Shown: positions 1 to 10,083 of the stretch, piece by piece
Layout: the number at the start of each line of letters is the position of its first letter
Numbering within the stretch: the stretch's first letter is position 1
DNA from: an uncultured Acidobacteriota bacterium
GTDB taxonomy: Bacteria > Acidobacteriota > Terriglobia > 20CM-2-55-15
NCBI GenBank assembly: GCA_963836435.1
Contig: CAWIJI010000011.1
Span: forward strand, 9,678-73,677
Length of the DNA: 64,000 nt
Direction of reading: 5' to 3'
The notes under the pieces: generated by a model
The model's database searches: none
The model's input: the letters and a program-made list of their open reading frames with translations, nothing else
What the model was told of the DNA's origin: nothing
Translations under genes and position numbers: made by a program

Positions 1-401
1 GTCGCCTGCCCCTGCAGCCCACTCATCCAGGGCTGGTGAATCAGTATCTTCGCATGCGGAAGGGCAAATCGCTTCTTCGCTGTTCCGCACGCCAGAAGCA
101 CGGCCGCCATGCTCGCTGCCTGGCCAACACAGATCGTGCTCACGTCGTTCTTGATGAATTGAAGCGTATCGTAGATTGCAAGCCCGGCTGTGATCGATCC
201 GCCGGGGCTGTTGATGTACAGAGAGATGTCCCGCTCGGGATCTTCCGCTTCGAGAAACAACAATTGGGCGATGACCAGATTTGCGACGTTATCGTCAATC
301 GGCGTGCCGATGAAGATAATGCTGTCGCGGAGCAGGCGAGAATAGATGTCGTATGCGCGTTCCCCGCGATTGGTCTGTTCAACGACCATAGGCACTAGCA
401 T
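1..401 (-). CDS. clpP: ATP-dependent Clp protease proteolytic subunit ClpP. The N-terminal ~133 aa are present; the gene runs off the window start.
   Basis: Minus-strand translation from the ATG at 399-401 reads [79 protein letters not shown]..., the canonical ClpP N-terminus. It lies downstream of tig, as in the usual tig-clpP-clpX order. Confidence 0.85.
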   Translation of the reverse strand, partial: MLVPMVVEQTNRGERAYDIYSRLLRDSIIFIGTPIDDNVANLVIAQLLFLEAEDPERDISLYINSPGGSITAGLAIYDTLQFIKNDVSTICVGQAASMAAVLLACGTAKKRFALPHAKILIHQPWMSGLQGQA

Positions 402-473
402 GGATTCTTCACTCCCTCTTCAAATACCATAACCTTCATTCTTAGGCCGGTGCGTGCCCGGGTCAAGCGGCGA

Positions 474-1766
474 CTAGCTCGCCGCCGTGACCGTCTGAAC
501 GCGGGCATGTCCTTGCAGAAAGTCCAGTGTTTTCTTGTTCTGCAACTGCCCTCGCAAACGCGATAGTCCGGAGTCCCGGGAAAGGACTTCCTTTACTTTT
601 TCGCGCGGCTTGTTCATCTCCACGGCAATTCTGTCGATCTCGGCTTCGACCTCCGCTTCGCTGGTTTCGATTTTTTCCTGTTCGGCAACGTAGTCCAGGA
701 TCAGCGATCCCTTCACGTCCCTCACGGCCTGCTGCCGTTGATCCTCCTGAATCTTCCCCCAGTCGACATCCAGCCTTTGAGGGTTGATACCCTGCCGGGT
801 AAGGTCGCGCACCAGCCTCTGCATACGAATCTGGATCTGCCGCTCAACCAGCGATGGGGGGACCTCAAAGTCGTTGTTGTCTTCCAGCCATACCAGCAAC
901 TTGTCGCGCAGTTCCTCGTTCGCGTGGTTTTGCCTGTGTTTTTCAAGATCCTGCCGGATTTTCGCGCGAAGGTCTTCCAGCGTCTTGTATTCGCCCACCT
1001 CCTGCGCAAACTCATCATTGAGCTCCGGCGTCTTCTTTGTCTTCAGACTTTCGATCTTCACCTGATAGCTGACGGTCTTGCCGGCGAGCCGCTTTTCAGG
1101 ATAATCGTCGCGATAGGTGACGTCGAAGGTCTTCTCTTCATTGGCTGCCGTGCCTGTCAGGTTCTCGGTGAATTCCTTCAGCGTGGATTCCCCGCCGACC
1201 TCGACAGTGGCCTTGTCCGTAAACAAAGGCTGTTCGCCGCCTTCCGCAGTCCCGGTAAAGGAGATGTCCACGAAGTCTCCGGCTCTCACCGTTCGTTCTT
1301 CCTCGACCGGCGTGAGTTCCGACATGTCTTCCTGAAGTTTCTTCACCGCGGCATCGATGTCCGTGTCGGTCACCTCGACGTTGGCCGACGTGGTGGGAAT
1401 GTCCTTGTAGTTCGAGATGCTCAAGGCGGGATACACCTCGAAAACGGCTTTGAACCTCAGCGGTTTGCCATTGTCATATTCGATGGAATCGTATTCCGGC
1501 GCGTCTACCACATCGAGCGCCTGCTCTTTCACGGCGTCGGAAAAATATCGAGGCAGCAGATGCTGCACCATCTCCGAAACAATCTCGTCGCGGTATCTTG
1601 TCTTGACGACGGCGATGGGCGCCTTGCCGGGACGGAAACCGGGAACGCGCGCCCGCTTCATGTATTCCTTCGCGATATGCGTAATTTCATGGTCGACGAC
1701 GTCCTGCGGGACTTCGATATCGAACGATTTTCTGCATACCGAAATGTCGATGAGTTCTGCTTTCAT
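474..1766 (-). CDS. tig: trigger factor (ribosome-associated chaperone / PPIase)
   Basis: 430-aa ORF. N-terminal ribosome-binding region, central FKBP-like segment and acidic C-terminal domain are typical of trigger factor. Located between tRNA-Leu and clpP. Confidence 0.93.
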   Translation of the reverse strand: MKAELIDISVCRKSFDIEVPQDVVDHEITHIAKEYMKRARVPGFRPGKAPIAVVKTRYRDEIVSEMVQHLLPRYFSDAVKEQALDVVDAPEYDSIEYDNGKPLRFKAVFEVYPALSISNYKDIPTTSANVEVTDTDIDAAVKKLQEDMSELTPVEEERTVRAGDFVDISFTGTAEGGEQPLFTDKATVEVGGESTLKEFTENLTGTAANEEKTFDVTYRDDYPEKRLAGKTVSYQVKIESLKTKKTPELNDEFAQEVGEYKTLEDLRAKIRQDLEKHRQNHANEELRDKLLVWLEDNNDFEVPPSLVERQIQIRMQRLVRDLTRQGINPQRLDVDWGKIQEDQRQQAVRDVKGSLILDYVAEQEKIETSEAEVEAEIDRIAVEMNKPREKVKEVLSRDSGLSRLRGQLQNKKTLDFLQGHARVQTVTAAS

Positions 1767-1860
1767 GGATATCCTATTTTGATGGCTGCCCTACGCCTGA
1801 GGTGTCGCGCTATCGCGCTCACGCTTCGCGCGGGCTTGCAGTCGCAGCCGCTCACGGTCA

Positions 1861-1942
1861 TGCGAAAGGAGGGACTCGAACCCTCAAGGGTTTCCCCACT
1901 AGATCCTAAGTCTAGCGCGTCTGCCAGTTCCGCCACTTTCGC
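1861..1942 (-). tRNA. tRNA-Leu (anticodon TAG), class II tRNA with long variable arm
   Basis: Reverse complement reads GCGAAAGTGGCGGAACTGGCAGACGCGCTAGACTTAGGATCTAGTGGGGAAACCCTTGAGGGTTCGAGTCCCTCCTTTCGCA. It has a 7-bp acceptor stem, anticodon loop CTTAGGA, a long extra arm and a T-loop GGTTCGAGTCC. No CCA is encoded. Confidence 0.8.
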
Positions 1943-2125
1943 GTGGTGAACCTAAGATTCTGCGGATGTTGAGCTTGAGAGTCAACCTTCCCAATTCGGG
2001 GCCGTGCACCTCGAACCCCGATCTCTTCCAGGAGCTCGGACCCGCCGGTGACAGGATCGCCTGAAATGACCAGACCACGGCGAAACGAAGGAATGCCTTC
2101 CCTCGGACGGATCCGACACCCTCCA

Positions 2126-2680
2126 TCAGGAAGCGGCAGGTGGAGGAAACGCTTTCCTCAAGGTAAATGCATACGGTGTCGGCCCGGTCTCTCTCACGCT
2201 CCGCAGTCGCACGGCCGATTCTGCGACCGTAGGATAATGCCCCGCCGGTATCCACCATAACGCAACGTTGCCGCCGGCAAGCGAATCCAGCCACTGCCGC
2301 CGTTCATAAACCATCTCGGCGTGGGCGCTGTGCAGCGTATACGCTCTCAGGTCTTCGACACTCTCCCAAACAGACATGTTGTAGAACAATCTGGCCGGAT
2401 CGAGCCCCGGAAAGTCGGCGCGAAAGACCTCGAAAGAGTTGAAGGTCGCTTCAGAGTCCGGAACTCTCCATACGAATCCCGGACTCGCTTCCGCCAGCCG
2501 GTTGATTTCATCGATCCTCGCGGCGAGCCCAGACATGACCGGCTCTTCGATTGTGCCGTGCATCCAGGCAATGTTGGCGTGGGCCAGGCGAAAGGTCATT
2601 TTCGGAAAGGAGCACTCCGCGTCATTCGATCTGTGAAGAGGGACTTCCAAAAGGCCGCCTTCCCGAGAGACTCTCGGCAT
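2126..2680 (-). CDS. DUF3291-like domain protein. The true start is probably the internal Met (MTFRLAHANIAWMHG...).
   Basis: ORF translation resembles the DUF3291 family. The first ~27 residues are Arg/Ser-rich and look like upstream read-through. Confidence 0.5.
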   Translation of the reverse strand: MPRVSREGGLLEVPLHRSNDAECSFPKMTFRLAHANIAWMHGTIEEPVMSGLAARIDEINRLAEASPGFVWRVPDSEATFNSFEVFRADFPGLDPARLFYNMSVWESVEDLRAYTLHSAHAEMVYERRQWLDSLAGGNVALWWIPAGHYPTVAESAVRLRSVRETGPTPYAFTLRKAFPPPAAS

Positions 2681-2835
2681 TCAACCTGCTCCTTGTCATC
2701 GCAAAGATTCCCATCAAACTCAACATAAACGCGACAGGAAACGTGTGTCAATTGGGAGGGACCGTGAACATCAAGGTGCTGGCTGTGACGTTGTTGTGTA
2801 TTGAATTGATCGCGGGAGCGCAAACCACATCTGTC

Positions 2836-3591
2836 TCATTTTGTGCGGTAGATCACATCAACGACGTTGCGGATATATTGCTCGTCGGCCAGCCCATCGG
2901 TTGCTTCGTGGGGAAAGTCGACTTTGGCGTGGAAATGTTCGGCCAGTTGTCCGAACAGCGCGACGCGCGAGGCGGGCTCGAATTCGTCGCGCCGCATCAG
3001 GGCCTGCAGCGCCGTCGCGGCCTCGCCCGGAGATACACGCTGGCGGAGGCGTGCGGCCAGATGAGGATGTTGCCGAAGGGAATTGAATTTTCCTGTCAAG
3101 AGCTGATCGAGGTCGGGCTCGGTGATCTGCGGCGTGCGGACAACGATAGTGTTCGCGGCAATATCGCCAAGCCGCTGGCATTTGGAGCTGAACCAGCAAC
3201 TCAGGCCGCCGACGAAATAAAACAGCGGCAGCATATCGACGGCGCGCAGCAGGTTTCGCGTCACGACCTGATCGAACTGCAGGCGCATCCCTTCGGCGTC
3301 TACCACGCGAAGCCGGCAGAGCCGCTTTCCAACTGTTTGCCCACGCCAGAACCACTCCAGAAAGATCCCATAGCCGATGCTGATTGCGAAGTAGCCCACG
3401 GTCAACGCCGCGTTTGCGACGCCCGGGCCGATCGCCCCCAGCAGTCCCAATATCGTTCCGAGGGCGCTATCCAGGACTCCGACACAGAGAATGTCGATCA
3501 GCGCGGCCAGAAAACGCGTGGCAGGCCCGGCCAGCACCTGGGAAAAGACGATGCCTTCGGGAGTTCGAATCGGAAGTGAGCGCGTTCTCAT
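2836..3591 (-). CDS. RDD family membrane protein (last gene of the MoxR-associated operon)
   Basis: TM helices plus an R..D..D-type segment (GKRLCRLRVVDAEG). The start abuts the SpoIIM-like gene. Confidence 0.75.
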   Translation of the reverse strand: MRTRSLPIRTPEGIVFSQVLAGPATRFLAALIDILCVGVLDSALGTILGLLGAIGPGVANAALTVGYFAISIGYGIFLEWFWRGQTVGKRLCRLRVVDAEGMRLQFDQVVTRNLLRAVDMLPLFYFVGGLSCWFSSKCQRLGDIAANTIVVRTPQITEPDLDQLLTGKFNSLRQHPHLAARLRQRVSPGEAATALQALMRRDEFEPASRVALFGQLAEHFHAKVDFPHEATDGLADEQYIRNVVDVIYRTK

Positions 3592-3641
3592 CGGTCTCGG
3601 TGGCTTCCCCTCAGCTTGCTCATCCGCCTCCTTCCGTTCCT

Positions 3642-4637
3642 TCAGCTTTCCCTGGATCGGCCGGACCTTGCAAGAAAGAGCCAGAGGAGCGCTCCTTCAA
3701 CGACTCCAAAGGCTATCTTTGCGCCATAGGGAATGATCGGTTCGTGATACTGCGACAGAAACGCTTCCACGAATCCCGCCCACACGAGCATGAGGGCAAA
3801 CCCCACACTGAGGGTGACGACGTCGCCTGAGACTTGCCTCAATCGGTCTCCCAGCCGCGCACGACTTCCCCACCCGATAAGAGCTGCGGCAAGCAGCAGC
3901 CCGCCTTGTCCGGCAACCAGAATGGCAGGAATTTCGATGACGCCATGGGGCATCAACCAGCCGAGAAGAAACGATGTTTGTCCGTCGCTCACGTAGTCCA
4001 CGGCGATCGCGCCCAGCGCGACCCCGTTATAGAAAAGGAGCAGAATGGTGCCGAACGCGTACGTCATCCCCAGGGCCAGCGCAAAGATGGAAACCTGGAT
4101 ATTGTGAGTCATCAGCTGCGCGGAGAATGTCGATTGCCTGCCTTCCAAACGGTCCGCCGTGCGGCTCTCTTCTTCCGCCACGCGCTGGCTCGGCCGCAGC
4201 TGATCGTGACCGAACGGCATCGTGACGTGACGGCTGTCCGGATCGAACGCGGTTGCCAGTCCGCCAAAAGCGGAGCCCACAAGTGTAATGACAACGGCGA
4301 GGGCAAAAGCACGGATGTGTCGACGGAATGTCTGCGGGAACGTTCGAAAGAACCATTTCACCGGATAGAACTTGCGTCGCTTTTGACGCGCCTCGTGAAT
4401 CTCTCCGTAAGCGCGCGCGACAAGCCCTTCCAGGTAGCGGCGCGTTTGAGGCTCGGAAGAGAATGTTGTCAGTTTCGCCAGGCCTGCCGCGGCTCTTTCG
4501 TACAGCTCGTGAAAGCGCTGGAGTTCGTCCAGCGTCAGCCGGGCGTCGGGCTCGGCCTCGAGGAGGTTCAGAGTCTTCTCCAGTTCCTTCCAGCCGGGCC
4601 GTTCGGCCTCCATGAACCGCTGAAGGTCAAGAATCAT
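3642..4637 (-). CDS. stage II sporulation protein M-like (DUF95) integral membrane protein
   Basis: N-terminal soluble helical region followed by about 5 TM helices, in the position expected within the conserved MoxR/DUF58 cluster. Confidence 0.7.
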   Translation of the reverse strand: MILDLQRFMEAERPGWKELEKTLNLLEAEPDARLTLDELQRFHELYERAAAGLAKLTTFSSEPQTRRYLEGLVARAYGEIHEARQKRRKFYPVKWFFRTFPQTFRRHIRAFALAVVITLVGSAFGGLATAFDPDSRHVTMPFGHDQLRPSQRVAEEESRTADRLEGRQSTFSAQLMTHNIQVSIFALALGMTYAFGTILLLFYNGVALGAIAVDYVSDGQTSFLLGWLMPHGVIEIPAILVAGQGGLLLAAALIGWGSRARLGDRLRQVSGDVVTLSVGFALMLVWAGFVEAFLSQYHEPIIPYGAKIAFGVVEGALLWLFLARSGRSRES

Positions 4638-4646
4638 GGTCGCTCT

Positions 4647-5981
4647 TCATAACAACTGTCTCTGCTTGACGCTCAGATACTGCGATACCAGATCCGCGCT
4701 CAATCGTTCATTCTCGATCTGACTGAAACCGACTCCAAGCCGTTGCAAGGTCTTTCCCACCTGCCGCAGCTTGTGCCATCTCAGGTGGCCTCCAAGTTCC
4801 AGATAGAGATCATCCGCCGATGTGGGATGGCTATCCGAGAACAGCGGCGCGCTCCGCGGTTGCCGGATCATATCGACGAGGACGAGATGTTTACGGCGAA
4901 TCAATTCCACGTTTCGAACAAAACTCTCAGCGAGTGACGGATCGTCAAGCGCCGTCAGGAAAACAATCAGGGCGCGGCGCCGCAGCCGCAGTCGAATAAA
5001 CGAGCACACCTCGTCAAAGTCCGGCGTAACGCCGCGGGCCTGCAGGGTATAAAGCGCGTCACGGCAGGTTGCGTAGTGCGCCTTGCCGTTTTTCGCGCGG
5101 ACAAATCCTTCCACCTTGTCGCTGAACGAAAGCAGGCCGAACAGGTCGCCCTGTTTTTCGGCGGCCATCCCCAGTACCAGGGCAGCCGTTACGAGTCGTT
5201 CCAGAATCACGGTCCGGTTCGCGCCTTCTCCGATGGGCCTCGCCGAAAGGCGCGACGCGTCGATCACGACGTAAATTTCCTGGGTTCGTTCGATCTGAAA
5301 TACCTTGGTGATCGGCTTGGCGTGTCGTGCCGTTGCCTTCCAGTGAATCTCATCGAAGCCGTCCCCGGGCGTGTATTCGCGGAGTTTTTCAAAATCACGG
5401 CCTTTGCCCACCTGTCGTCGTGTATGCACTCCGAATGAGCCGCGATTGAGAAAAAGAGACGCCAGTTGTCCTCTTTCGGTGAGGAGATTCGGATACACTC
5501 GAATCTCGGACTGAACCCGGAGCGTCCGGCGGCACGACCACAAACCCAGTGGGGACGGGCTTTCCACGAACGTCGAGTCGATCCGGAACTTTCCTCGTTG
5601 TGCCGGCGAACAGGTCCATGACAGTTCAGACCAGCCGCTCCCTGGGGGGACGACGACATCCAGCTCCTCGGTTAACGGGAAAATCTCGACGGGCCAGCCC
5701 AGGGCTATGCGCAACGTCCGCCGGCGCTGCGTATCGTTGCGAATCCGAACGTCCAGTTTGTTCTGCCGGTCTTTCGACATCCGGGTCACTGCAGGCAGTT
5801 CCATGCCGATCCCGGCCAGAACGCGGCGTGATGCCCACGCGTCGGCGAGCGCCGCGATACCCAGTCCGCCAGCGAGAAGGATCGACAAAGGGGCCGAGGG
5901 GGGCGAAGCCGCTGCCAGCAACGCCGCCGGCAACGTCACTCCGGCAACCCAGAATAAGAGTCTGGAACGGGGTACGATCAT
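4647..5981 (-). CDS. DUF58 domain protein (VWA-like, MoxR-associated)
   Basis: Contains the DUF58 signature region REYTPGDGFDEIHWKATAR and N-terminal TM helices. Its start overlaps the MoxR stop. Confidence 0.85.
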   Translation of the reverse strand: MIVPRSRLLFWVAGVTLPAALLAAASPPSAPLSILLAGGLGIAALADAWASRRVLAGIGMELPAVTRMSKDRQNKLDVRIRNDTQRRRTLRIALGWPVEIFPLTEELDVVVPPGSGWSELSWTCSPAQRGKFRIDSTFVESPSPLGLWSCRRTLRVQSEIRVYPNLLTERGQLASLFLNRGSFGVHTRRQVGKGRDFEKLREYTPGDGFDEIHWKATARHAKPITKVFQIERTQEIYVVIDASRLSARPIGEGANRTVILERLVTAALVLGMAAEKQGDLFGLLSFSDKVEGFVRAKNGKAHYATCRDALYTLQARGVTPDFDEVCSFIRLRLRRRALIVFLTALDDPSLAESFVRNVELIRRKHLVLVDMIRQPRSAPLFSDSHPTSADDLYLELGGHLRWHKLRQVGKTLQRLGVGFSQIENERLSADLVSQYLSVKQRQLL

Positions 5982-5988
5982 GCGCGTT

Positions 5989-6969
5989 TCACCGGGGCAC
6001 GGCAATTTGCTGAAGAAGTTGCTGGATCACTTCCCCGACGCTCAGCCCCTCGATCTCAAATTCAGGACGAAGGATCAGTCGATGTTCCAAAACCGGAATC
6101 GCCATACTTTTAATGTCGTCGGGTGTTACGAAATCCCGCCCGGAAACCGCTGCGTTTGCCCGCGATGCCATGATCAGAGCCTGAGTCGCGCGAGGACCGG
6201 CCCCGACAAGAATGCTTTCGTGCTGGCGCGATGCGCGGACGATGTCCACCAGATAGCCGACCAGCTCGTCACGAATGACCAGGTGCGCCATGCCGTCGCG
6301 AAGCGCCCGGAGTTCGTCGGCGTGCACGACCGGCTGAACCGTCCCGGACAACAGCAGCGCTTCCGGGGCTTCGGGCGTCATCGTGCGCTGCGCGAGCGCC
6401 AGCTCTTCATCCCGTTCAGGCGTCTTCATCGTGATCTTGAGCATGAAGCGATCCTTTTGCGCCTCCGGAAGGGGGTATGTGCCCTCATACTCAATCGGGT
6501 TCTGAGTTGCGAAAACAGTAAAGCTATCGGGCAGGGAATGGGTTTCCCGGTCGATGGTCACGGCGCGCTCCTGCATCGCCTGCAGCAGCGCCGATTGCGT
6601 TTTGGCCGGCGCCCGATTGATCTCATCGGCAAGGAGGAAGGAGGTGAAGACCGGACCCCTGATCAGCGAGAACTCGTTCCGCTGAAGGTTGAAAACATTC
6701 GTCCCCGTGATGTCGGACGGCATCAGGTCCGGCGTGAACTGGATGCGCGCGAAATCACACCCCAGCACCTGGGCCAGCGTGCGCACCAGCAGGGTCTTCG
6801 CTACCCCGGGAACACCCTCGATCAACACGTGGTTGCCGGTGAAGATGGCGATCAACGACTTCTCGATGACGTCTTGTTGTCCAATGATGACCTTGGCCGC
6901 TTCGATGCGCGCGGCGGCCAGGACTTCCTTGATCCTTTGAAGGATGTCTTCGGTGCCCATGTCTCTCAC
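5989..6969 (-). CDS. MoxR-family AAA+ ATPase
   Basis: Walker A GVPGVAKT, a Walker B/sensor region, and the MoxR-typical length (326 aa). Confidence 0.93.
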   Translation of the reverse strand: MRDMGTEDILQRIKEVLAAARIEAAKVIIGQQDVIEKSLIAIFTGNHVLIEGVPGVAKTLLVRTLAQVLGCDFARIQFTPDLMPSDITGTNVFNLQRNEFSLIRGPVFTSFLLADEINRAPAKTQSALLQAMQERAVTIDRETHSLPDSFTVFATQNPIEYEGTYPLPEAQKDRFMLKITMKTPERDEELALAQRTMTPEAPEALLLSGTVQPVVHADELRALRDGMAHLVIRDELVGYLVDIVRASRQHESILVGAGPRATQALIMASRANAAVSGRDFVTPDDIKSMAIPVLEHRLILRPEFEIEGLSVGEVIQQLLQQIAVPR

Positions 6970-8138
6970 TTGTGAAGGATGCCGGCGATTGTTCGATAAG
7001 CCTCCACCGGATTCCTTTCTTTGGCGGTCCTGGAGATTTCCGCATTGAAAGCAGCTTCAGCACGTTGAAGGCGGAGAGCGGAGTAGCTGCCGGACTGCGC
7101 CGCCGTCTTTTTCCATTCCGTATAGCAGGCACTGAAAATGTCACGCGCCGGTATGTTGCGTCTCAGGAGATTGACGAAACCGGAGGCGGCATCCCTGCCC
7201 GCGATAAAAGCTTCCCCGGCTTGCGGGCGGTGCGCCAGCACCAGGCTCGTGGCATTCTTCCACACAAATAGCCCCCCTAGAAGGAAGAGCGCGGCGATGG
7301 CCCAGTGCAGGCGGTACCTTCGCATCAGGGCAGCCACGCCCGGGCTTTCCACGACTCCAAGATGCGCTTCGTCGAAAACGATGGTGCGGTTCGGTCCGAT
7401 CATCCACGCCAGAAGGTCGGCGTGCCGAGCGCTCTGCAGCGCCTCGTTGCTCAGAAAGTAGGAATCCGTCGCGATCACCACCGAGCCGGCTCCGACGCGG
7501 CGTTCCACCACTACCGGATTGCTGCCGCGCGCGTAGATGACTTTCCACGCCTTGCCCACCTCCGTGAACACGAGTCCGCTGTGCCAATCGAGTGTTTCTG
7601 GCAGATCCAGGCTGCCCGTGCTGACGACAAGCGCAGGCATGAACACGTCCTTCTCTCCGAGTTCCAGATTCACAACGCCCGGCACCAGTCCCCATTCGTC
7701 CCACAGCGATACCGTCTTTTCCCCCGGTTCTTCCTCGACAGGCTCCGGTCTTCCGTTCCCTTCAGGGGACGTATTCCGCGTCGATTCCGGAAACAGGGTC
7801 ATGACAAGCCGTGCTCCGCGCGTGACGAACTGATCAACCTTCTTCAGAGTGTCGGGCGAAACCTGCTTCCAGGCGCCCTCCGTCGTCGCAAGGTGCAGAT
7901 AGGTGACTCCTGTGGGGTCGGGCAAATCCGTCGGTGAGAGATCTCGCGCTGCCGTGAATCCCTCCAGTCTCCCGATGCTTTCATACAATGCCATCGTGCC
8001 GAGAGGATCTGCGCGAAGCGAGGAATACTCCGGGTAGACATCGCCGCTTTCAAACCGCATGGACAGGAGTTCGATGAATCCGTACGTCAGCGCCGCGAGA
8101 CAGATGATCAGAAGGATAGATGCGGAATAGCGTTTCAT
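6966..8138 (-). CDS. DUF4350-like domain protein (N-terminal signal/TM, second TM near the C-terminal third)
   Basis: Domain composition and its position between the DUF4129 and MoxR genes. 4-nt start/stop overlaps on both sides. Confidence 0.65.
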   Translation of the reverse strand: MKRYSASILLIICLAALTYGFIELLSMRFESGDVYPEYSSLRADPLGTMALYESIGRLEGFTAARDLSPTDLPDPTGVTYLHLATTEGAWKQVSPDTLKKVDQFVTRGARLVMTLFPESTRNTSPEGNGRPEPVEEEPGEKTVSLWDEWGLVPGVVNLELGEKDVFMPALVVSTGSLDLPETLDWHSGLVFTEVGKAWKVIYARGSNPVVVERRVGAGSVVIATDSYFLSNEALQSARHADLLAWMIGPNRTIVFDEAHLGVVESPGVAALMRRYRLHWAIAALFLLGGLFVWKNATSLVLAHRPQAGEAFIAGRDAASGFVNLLRRNIPARDIFSACYTEWKKTAAQSGSYSALRLQRAEAAFNAEISRTAKERNPVEAYRTIAGILHK

Positions 8139-9742
8139 GCGGCTGACTTGATTCGGTCGACGTTTGTTGCGAAACGCACAACGAGTTCCCGATCCGCCGG
8201 ATGCCTTCCATACCAGATGCGCTCGAGCATGACGAGGTTCTCGCTGAAGAGAGGCGCCAATCCGGCAATCGAATGTCCGCGGCGCTGCAGCTCACTCTCG
8301 TATTCACGGTTGGATTTGAAGTGTGCGATGCCCACCAGATGGCGTTGCGCAAGGTTGGCAAGACTGGCGAGGTGGTAGGCGCGCATGGCAAGCCGAAACT
8401 CGCCATTGTCCATGAGTTGACCGGCGAGGTTTATCCAGCCATCCTCAGGTAACTGGTCGGCCCGGACCGTTTCATCGCGAAGATCGGGGACACTCTCGAT
8501 TGCAACTCGCCCCGCTCCAGCCCTGGAGGCTGCCGCTCGCCGGCGAAATCGCAGCAGAAGGATCGCCAGCAGACACGCCAGTACGGTCAGCAAAACGAAC
8601 AGCAGAAGAGAAGATCTTATCCACCCAAACCCCGGCAGCCTTATCGGGTCGGAGGAGAAGATCTTTCGCCTGATGAAGTCGATCCATTCCGCCACCTTGC
8701 GGGCCGCATCCCTCACCATGCCCACGATGCGTTCCGCGAACCTCGTGACAAGCCCCTTCTCCGCGTCGGCGTCTGGCTGCCTTGGAAGTCTCCAGCTGTA
8801 CTTGGACTGATGAATCACTTCGTCGATTTGACGATCCAGCTGCGTCGCAGAGACCGGCGTTGCCTGTGCTGCATAAACGGAGGCACCGAAGGCCAGTGCG
8901 ACAGTCAAGGCGAGGAGTCCGGCCACGCGCCGCGGCGCCGCCTGAAACTGCCTGAGGTCGGCCCTGAGATCTTCACCGGTCTGGATTGACTCGCCGTAGA
9001 AACAGCGGAGTACATAGACGGTCTTCAGTATCGGATCGACGCATAAATAGGTCAGTCCGGCGATGATTCCGAGGAATGTTGTGTTCAGCATGGCGGCCGG
9101 ACTTCTGCTGAACACCGTTTCAATTCCCAGCAGCGTTCTGATCAGAAAGGGGATGGCGATGACCACGCCTGTCCAGTTCAGGAAGACACACAGCCCAAAG
9201 AAGAAGCCGATACCCATGGCTGAATGATTCTCGAACACCCAGAGTGTGGCCTGGCCCCATGCTTTCTTCGCGAGTTTGCCGGTTTCGCCCGATTCCGGAT
9301 CGGCAAGGGCGGTGACGTTCTGGTAAAACGCATAGACCCAGGCCAGCGGCAGCAGCAGGACGATGGCCAGAGGCAAAACGAAGAGCCCTGTGGAGTGGAT
9401 CACGATTTGAGGAAGCAGTACCCTCAGGCTGCCCTTCAATCCCCAGGACGGCGGCGGCTTCAGCGCGAGTTGTGAGCGAATTCTCGCACTGAACGATGCC
9501 TGGCACAGCTTCATCCAGAAGAAGAGCGTGCAGACGGCGCACGACGCTGCCATCAGATGTTGTCCCGCGAAGGGGCTCAGGCTCATGTCGACAAGGAAGT
9601 AGAGAAACGCCAGCAGGAAGGGAATCGTTCCCACGTAGTAGGTTGCCAGAGTGCGCGCCGGAGCGGCGCGAAACAGTTGCGCGGCTTCTTCGACGAGGTC
9701 CAGGCCTCCTTTCCCGTCTTCCAGGTGTCTTGCGCGTTTCAT
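8135..9742 (-). CDS. polytopic membrane protein with C-terminal DUF4129-like domain
   Basis: Start chosen at an internal Met (MKRARHLEDG..., or MDHDGQTM at 9763). The upstream 90 codons of the long ORF are Arg-rich read-through. The C-terminus (...REYESELQRRGHS...LERIWYGRHP) matches the DUF4129 pattern. ATGA overlap with the upstream gene. Confidence 0.65.
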   Translation of the reverse strand: MKRARHLEDGKGGLDLVEEAAQLFRAAPARTLATYYVGTIPFLLAFLYFLVDMSLSPFAGQHLMAASCAVCTLFFWMKLCQASFSARIRSQLALKPPPSWGLKGSLRVLLPQIVIHSTGLFVLPLAIVLLLPLAWVYAFYQNVTALADPESGETGKLAKKAWGQATLWVFENHSAMGIGFFFGLCVFLNWTGVVIAIPFLIRTLLGIETVFSRSPAAMLNTTFLGIIAGLTYLCVDPILKTVYVLRCFYGESIQTGEDLRADLRQFQAAPRRVAGLLALTVALAFGASVYAAQATPVSATQLDRQIDEVIHQSKYSWRLPRQPDADAEKGLVTRFAERIVGMVRDAARKVAEWIDFIRRKIFSSDPIRLPGFGWIRSSLLLFVLLTVLACLLAILLLRFRRRAAASRAGAGRVAIESVPDLRDETVRADQLPEDGWINLAGQLMDNGEFRLAMRAYHLASLANLAQRHLVGIAHFKSNREYESELQRRGHSIAGLAPLFSENLVMLERIWYGRHPADRELVVRFATNVDRIKSAA

Positions 9743-10083
9743 TGTCTGCCCGTCGTGATCCATGGAGCCCGCCAGACACTCGAGTCGTGGAAGGAGGCGG
9801 GCAAGCGAAGCAGGGTTTCGCCGATGATGAAAAAGAAGAACCATGCGATAAGAACTCCCGCAACCAGTTGAACAGATCGCATCAAGACTGAAAACCCGCG
9901 GCGCCTGGAAAATCCGGGTGCCGCCAGTTTCGTCAGGCATCTTGCGCAGAGGACGCGCTCGTCGTGTTCGGCGACGCATTCGCGGCAGAAGAATCGGCCG
10001 CACTCCGGGCAACGCGCCGCAGCTTCGCGCAATTGGTGATTAAAGCAGCGCTGCGACGAAAAGCTCGCGGCCGGGGCCGTCAT
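9739..10083 (-). CDS. zinc-ribbon (B-box-like CxxC...C..C) protein with C-terminal TM helix
   Basis: Motif CFNHQLREAAARCPECGRFFCRECVAEHDERVLCARCL followed by a hydrophobic helix. Paralogous to the cysteine module of the 10606..11202 gene. Confidence 0.55.
   Translation of the reverse strand: MTAPAASFSSQRCFNHQLREAAARCPECGRFFCRECVAEHDERVLCARCLTKLAAPGFSRRRGFSVLMRSVQLVAGVLIAWFFFFIIGETLLRLPASFHDSSVWRAPWITTGRQ

Noticed and set aside
738-1949. 403-aa ORF on the + strand opposite tig
   Set aside because: It is fully antisense to a well-supported trigger-factor gene. Its composition is Arg/Leu-rich, typical of high-GC antisense frames. Similar antisense ORFs (2551..3579, 5707..6975, 14290..15408, 16243..17136, 16932..17969, 20692..21093, 23126..23638, 29695..30681, 32234..33067, 33052..34602, 36597..37781, 45922..46677, 52738..53676, 54346..55131, 55851..56588, 57358..58005, 60532..62112, 62561..63688) were discarded for the same reason.
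8135-10012. Long 625-aa version of the DUF4129 membrane protein
   Set aside because: The first ~90 codons (MPGVRPILLPRMRRRTRRARPLRKMPDETGG...) are Arg-rich and overlap the well-formed zinc-ribbon ORF in another frame. The shorter start at 9742 gives the ATGA-type coupling seen throughout this operon.
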